Positions 59,731 through 64,000 of a stretch of 64,000 nucleotides of DNA are shown piece by piece. Source of the DNA: Entomortierella parvispora E1425 (lineage: Eukaryota; Fungi; Mortierellomycota); NCBI GenBank assembly GCA_020891255.1, contig BQFW01000010.1, positions 434,001 to 498,000 of the forward strand, written 5' to 3'. Position 1 is the first letter of the stretch. Every line of letters begins with the position of its first letter. The notes under the pieces are model-generated. The model made no database searches, was not told the DNA's origin, and was given only the letters and a program-made list of their open reading frames with translations. A program made the translations under genes and the position numbers.

Positions 59731-60844
59731 AGCGTTTTTCTCGCTTCCTGTCTGTTTCCTGTTTTCGAGAAGGGTGGATGAGGGAAGAGGGGGAGGGAAG
59801 AGGGAGAGGGAAGAGGGAGAGGAGGAAAGATGGAGAAAGAGGGAGAGAGAGAGAGAGATAAAGAAATGAGAGGAAATAGAAAAAGGAGAAAGCCGTTTGT
59901 CAGACCAAGACCATCTCAAAATGAAAATTTGTGTCTGCCCCTCACCCTCGCTGATTTTGAACGTCCGCAACACCCGTCGTCCCTGCAGCGACCCTATCTC
60001 GGCGCACGTAACCCGAAAACTAAACTTCTCTTGGCCGGATAATTGGGATCCATTTTGATTGCCCTCTAGGTTCTCTAAGTTCTCTCCACGGTATTCACTC
60101 GAGTTAGCGGTTATTAGCATGGTGTCGATTTCTCTGCCAGACCGGAGCTTTGGACAGCTCATTCCTACAGATAACTGGATATGAGCGAAGAAATCGTGCT
60201 TCGTATGTAGTCCAAAAAAAAAAAGGGCTGCAGAGCCGGTTCATCACCGTCCTTGGACCGAACAAGGCAATCGCGTGCATGCTGTAAAGTCCTGTCAGGC
60301 AAACTGGACCGCCCGACCAAAACTGCCAAGACTGAACTAGTGATACCAGCAAGGGCATGGTATATTGTTCTATTTTAATTATGGGTATATCTGTAGATTC
60401 GATCTGGCGCACAAGGTCAGTTTTCGCTGCCAGTTTGACAGGATCTAACATTCGCACCGCTAGGTTTCAAGTAACCGCCTGTGCCAGTGGTCTCGCCCTT
60501 CGCCGCCCCACAGAATAACTCTGGCTACATACGGGTTATAATATTTATATTATTGTGCCCTTCAAATAAAAATACACTGCATCCAACTATTTATTCCATG
60601 AATAAATAAAACGCCGTGTTATTCATCGATGTTTTTGGGCACTTTTTGTGACCAAAAACACTATGAGATAACAAGTCTCCGCCACCCTCTTCGTTATTCG
60701 TGGTCCAATGCAAGTGGAAAGCTCTGTTGGTGTTGGAATAGTGCAAATTATTAATATGGGGAGTCGCCTTATTCCGCGACTAGGACACCGCTTTTTTATT
60801 TTTATGTGAAAGGCACAATATGGTACTATAAATCTAAAGAGGTT

Positions 60845-62488
60845 CTAGAGCTCGTTTTGCGATTCAAGAAGCTGATAATCCTCTGTTCCTCTAAAACCTT
60901 TGGGTATATTGTTCCCTCTCCATCTAGGAGGTGTCACTTTGTACTTGACGGCCAGGAGTAACCAGCGAGCCCTATGACTCATGATACAAACGATGACCGC
61001 CGTGAGGGCTGCAAAGAAACCCAGCACCACCACGGCAATTACCCACCAATAAAACTCGGCGACCCAGCTGTTATATACCCACTTCTTGGGGTAGCAAGTC
61101 GTGTCTGGCCCAATGACCTTGTCGGGAGTTAGCTGATACGTCCCCTCAGTCATGTCGTGTGCTAGTTTGCAAATGCCACAACGAGCTCCCCGATCGTCTG
61201 GGCCCCAGGTTCCCTGAGGGACATCAAAGGTCTCTAGCAATCTTGGATTAAGCAAAGATTCAACAGGATTGGCGGGATCCTTGTAGTCCAAGTACTTCAA
61301 GTAAGCGGCGTCGTCCTGGTCCAGTTGATGAATGCGGAGAGCGAGTTGTTCCGGTGTTGCAAAGTCATCCACGCGGATAGAGGAGTGGTTAGTTGCCAGG
61401 AAACGAGAGTAGTCTTTGGGTCCGTCCAGGATAGGAACTACTCCTACTGTGTAGGGGCGTTCGATTTTTTCGGTAACGTAATCGTCGCAATTGGAGTTCT
61501 CGATGCTGAGATAAAACTTGTACCGTGCCACGACCTCGCGATCTGTGAACGGTGATCCATCTTTAAAAAGAAAAGGGTTGCGGGAAAAATCGAATTTAGT
61601 CCGCGGTACATAGAGAAAAAAAGAAGAAAAAGGGTAAAAGCTGCTTACTTGGATGTACTGGCCACTCTTTGTTCTTCAAACAGTCACCATAGATATCGAC
61701 GTTCGTGTATTTCAACAGTTGCTTCACATAATAGTGGCGTCCGTTTCTCGCTTTACAATTGCTGACAATCCATGCAATGGGGGCCAGCTCCTTTCGGAAA
61801 TCGTTCTTCTCCTGGATGGTATACACAGGTTTGGAGAGGATGTTGCCAAGGAATGTTCCTGGTCCTCGTCCTGTATCAAAGTAAGTTGATACAAAATCTG
61901 CTTTAAAAGAGAACGACCACAAGTGGGTGAAGATACTTGTCCACTCTGACTGGATCTGGAATGGCTTTGGCCACTCGACTGTTTGGAAGGTGAAGGCAGT
62001 GAGTTGAAAATTCGTGGTTATTTCTCTACCTGCCTTCGAATGGATGTTCACTTACGAGTGTTGAGGATGAGAGCCTTCTTTGCCGTCTTGACATCATGAA
62101 GATTAGGCATATTGTCAGGGTCGAAGCTGGATGCGTGGACGATGATGACCCTGGACTCATCATACTTGGCCCTGTCCAGTGTAAATCTGCAGGTATAAGG
62201 CAGGCCACAGTAATTGACGACCTTGCCCTCCTCGATTCTCACATGGAACCATTCCGTCCACCAGAGAAGAGGGTATTCCTTTGCCTCCTGTCGTTCTTGC
62301 AAAGCGTTACTCATCTGGCAGTTGACAGTAATGATGGTGAAAAAAAGGAGAGCAGAGAAAAAAGGAAACCAGGGAAATTTTATTCCGCCCTCTCTTTCTT
62401 CACCTCGCCCTCGCCCTCTTCCCAATGAACTCGCTTGAAAGAATGGTGCTTTGACGATTAGGGCAAGTAGTAAATGCTGAAGAGTCAT
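60845..62488 (-). CDS. Alpha-1,3/4-fucosyltransferase (GT10), copy B
   Basis: Same exon structure as copy A; YKFYLSIENSNCDDYVTEKI; hydrophobic segment before the catalytic domain and a C-terminal TM helix. Start codon uncertain. Confidence 0.88.
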
Positions 62489-62931
62489 CCATTGCCACAG
62501 ACAAGCCAACTTCACCCATGCTAACCTGCTCTTGAAGGCAATGAAAGGTCATCGATGGGACAAGGGGCGCTGACAAAAAGCTCTGAAAGTGGGGTTAGAC
62601 GATGGCCACAGCGCTTGCATGCGGCACAGGAACAAAGTGAGAAAAAAGCGCGCACCGCCAGTGTCTTGGACTGGCCGTTTCAGGGGTGTTGTCATTGCGA
62701 GGGTTTTTTTTGTGCTCGCTCAACATGTGACCATTCGCATCTCTCCATTTCTCCATTTCTCTGCTGCATCACCCATAGGTAAATTCGTTGCCTCTCTAAT
62801 TTTTATGTAACTATGGAGATGAATGACTATTCATGTTCTTACGTTTTGTCATCTTTGCGCAACACCATTAGCCTAAACTGCCATATTTCGCGGCCGTTTC
62901 AGTATCATTACCGTTTTTGCAAGAGGGCATC

Positions 62932-64000
62932 ATGGATCTCGATATAGAATCTGCCATCGGGTGTCTCCAGCAGCAACAGTCGATCAGTCTCGACACTCGG
63001 GCTGTCTATATCCAGTTGCTGTCAAAACCAAACCTACGGTCGTCAGATGATACTCTGATCGCGCTGCAGGATCGAGCGAACAACTTTCTTCAGAGCAAGA
63101 GGGAAGTCCTTCTCATCCTTGGAGACTCTGGCGCTGGCAAGTCGACATTTGGCATGCGTTTGGAGCACAAACTATGGAAGGAATACAACCCTGGTGGATC
63201 CATCCCTCTCTTCATCGATCTGAAAACAATCGACAGTCTCGAAAAAGATCTGATACTGCAACACTTGGAGGACGAAGGATATTTCTCGGATCAACAACTT
63301 GAATATCTACGACAATATCGGGAATTCATTTTGATCTGTGATGGGTACGATGAGTGCCATCGATGGTTCAACCTCCACACCAAAAATCAATTCAACAAAC
63401 CCCGACAGTGGAAGGCCAAACTTATCATCAACTGTCGCACTCAGTATATCGGACCAAATTATCGCAACTACTTTGAACCAGAAGTGAAAACCACAGGAAA
63501 TGAGAACTTTTCCCACACTTCCGACCTCTTTGAGGAAGCTGTAATTGTGCCCTTCAAGGTCACTCAGATCAAGGAGTATGTTGAGACATTCACCCGAGTA
63601 CGCGGTGCTCCAGAATATAGCAGCGACGAGCCAAGATGGACTACGGAGCAGTACATGGCGAGCCTCGAAAGCATTCGACACTTGATGGAGCTAGCCCAGA
63701 ATCCATTTATGCTCAAGATGATTCTGGATGTTCTGCCAAAGATTGCCAAGACCACCACCAAGATGACGCGAGTCGAACTTTACGACAAGTTTGTGGATCT
63801 GCATTTTGAATCTGAGCAACAACGACTGTCGAGACAACACTCGGGTGGCTCGATGGATATCGGCACGCTTTCAGCGTTCACCTCATTCCAGAACAGCGAA
63901 CTCATCGGTCCGGGACTTGACTTTTCCAAGCGACTGTCGCGATGCATATTCAAAGAGCAGGGGGGGGATCAACTCTGTAGCTTACTCTGTCCAGAACGAC
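62932..64000 (+). CDS. NACHT-type STAND NTPase (NLR-like), 3' end off the window
   Basis: Manual translation from ATG 62932: VLLILGDSGAGKST (Walker A), IPLFIDL, FILICDGYDE (Walker B), KLIINCRTQY, LAQNPFML, TRVELYDKFV. Probable +1 slip in the G-run at 63960-63967. Upstream exons are possible. Confidence 0.9.
   Translation, partial: MDLDIESAIGCLQQQQSISLDTRAVYIQLLSKPNLRSSDDTLIALQDRANNFLQSKREVLLILGDSGAGKSTFGMRLEHKLWKEYNPGGSIPLFIDLKTIDSLEKDLILQHLEDEGYFSDQQLEYLRQYREFILICDGYDECHRWFNLHTKNQFNKPRQWKAKLIINCRTQYIGPNYRNYFEPEVKTTGNENFSHTSDLFEEAVIVPFKVTQIKEYVETFTRVRGAPEYSSDEPRWTTEQYMASLESIRHLMELAQNPFMLKMILDVLPKIAKTTTKMTRVELYDKFVDLHFESEQQRLSRQHSGGSMDIGTLSAFTSFQNSELIGPGLDFSKRLSRCIFKEQGGDQLCSLLCPER

Noticed and set aside
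1-64000. tRNA or rRNA genes
   Set aside because: No cloverleaf or rRNA signature noticed by eye; tRNAscan-SE or Infernal would be needed to exclude them.

Overview
Intron-containing fungal genomic DNA, most likely Mortierellaceae. This is inferred from family content (Crinkler-like gene, NACHT NTPase, long SEL1 arrays, F-box expansions, short GT-AG introns), not from a marker gene. Main result: a 9,352-bp Mutator-like (MULE) DNA transposon at 21215-30566, with 83-bp terminal inverted repeats and a perfect 9-bp target-site duplication (ATATTAAAC), splits a large SEL1-repeat gene. Removing the element and one TSD copy restores a 1155-aa ORF. The element carries a small orphan gene and an intron-rich transposase with the apparent architecture GCM-type Zn DNA-binding domain + MULE DDE core + USP-like Cys-His-Asp protease + PARP-type Zn finger. 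Other accessory content: five F-box genes with an XPA/Rad14-like C-terminal domain, a duplicated two-gene F-box cassette flanking a Crinkler (Ubl-NTPase-REase) gene, two GT10 fucosyltransferase paralogs sharing a ~99% identical ~565-bp tract, a chromoviral integrase relic followed by a higher-order tandem repeat, a small secreted protein and a NACHT gene. Conserved genes: R3H-associated protein, UPF0658-like membrane protein, questin-oxidase/HypA-like protein, MCM1/SRF MADS factor, ERGIC-53-like lectin, Kre9-like GPI protein, STELLO/DUF288. Many frameshifts fall in homopolymer or dinucleotide runs, so some apparent pseudogenes may be assembly errors. All domain calls come from motif reading by eye; no searches were run.
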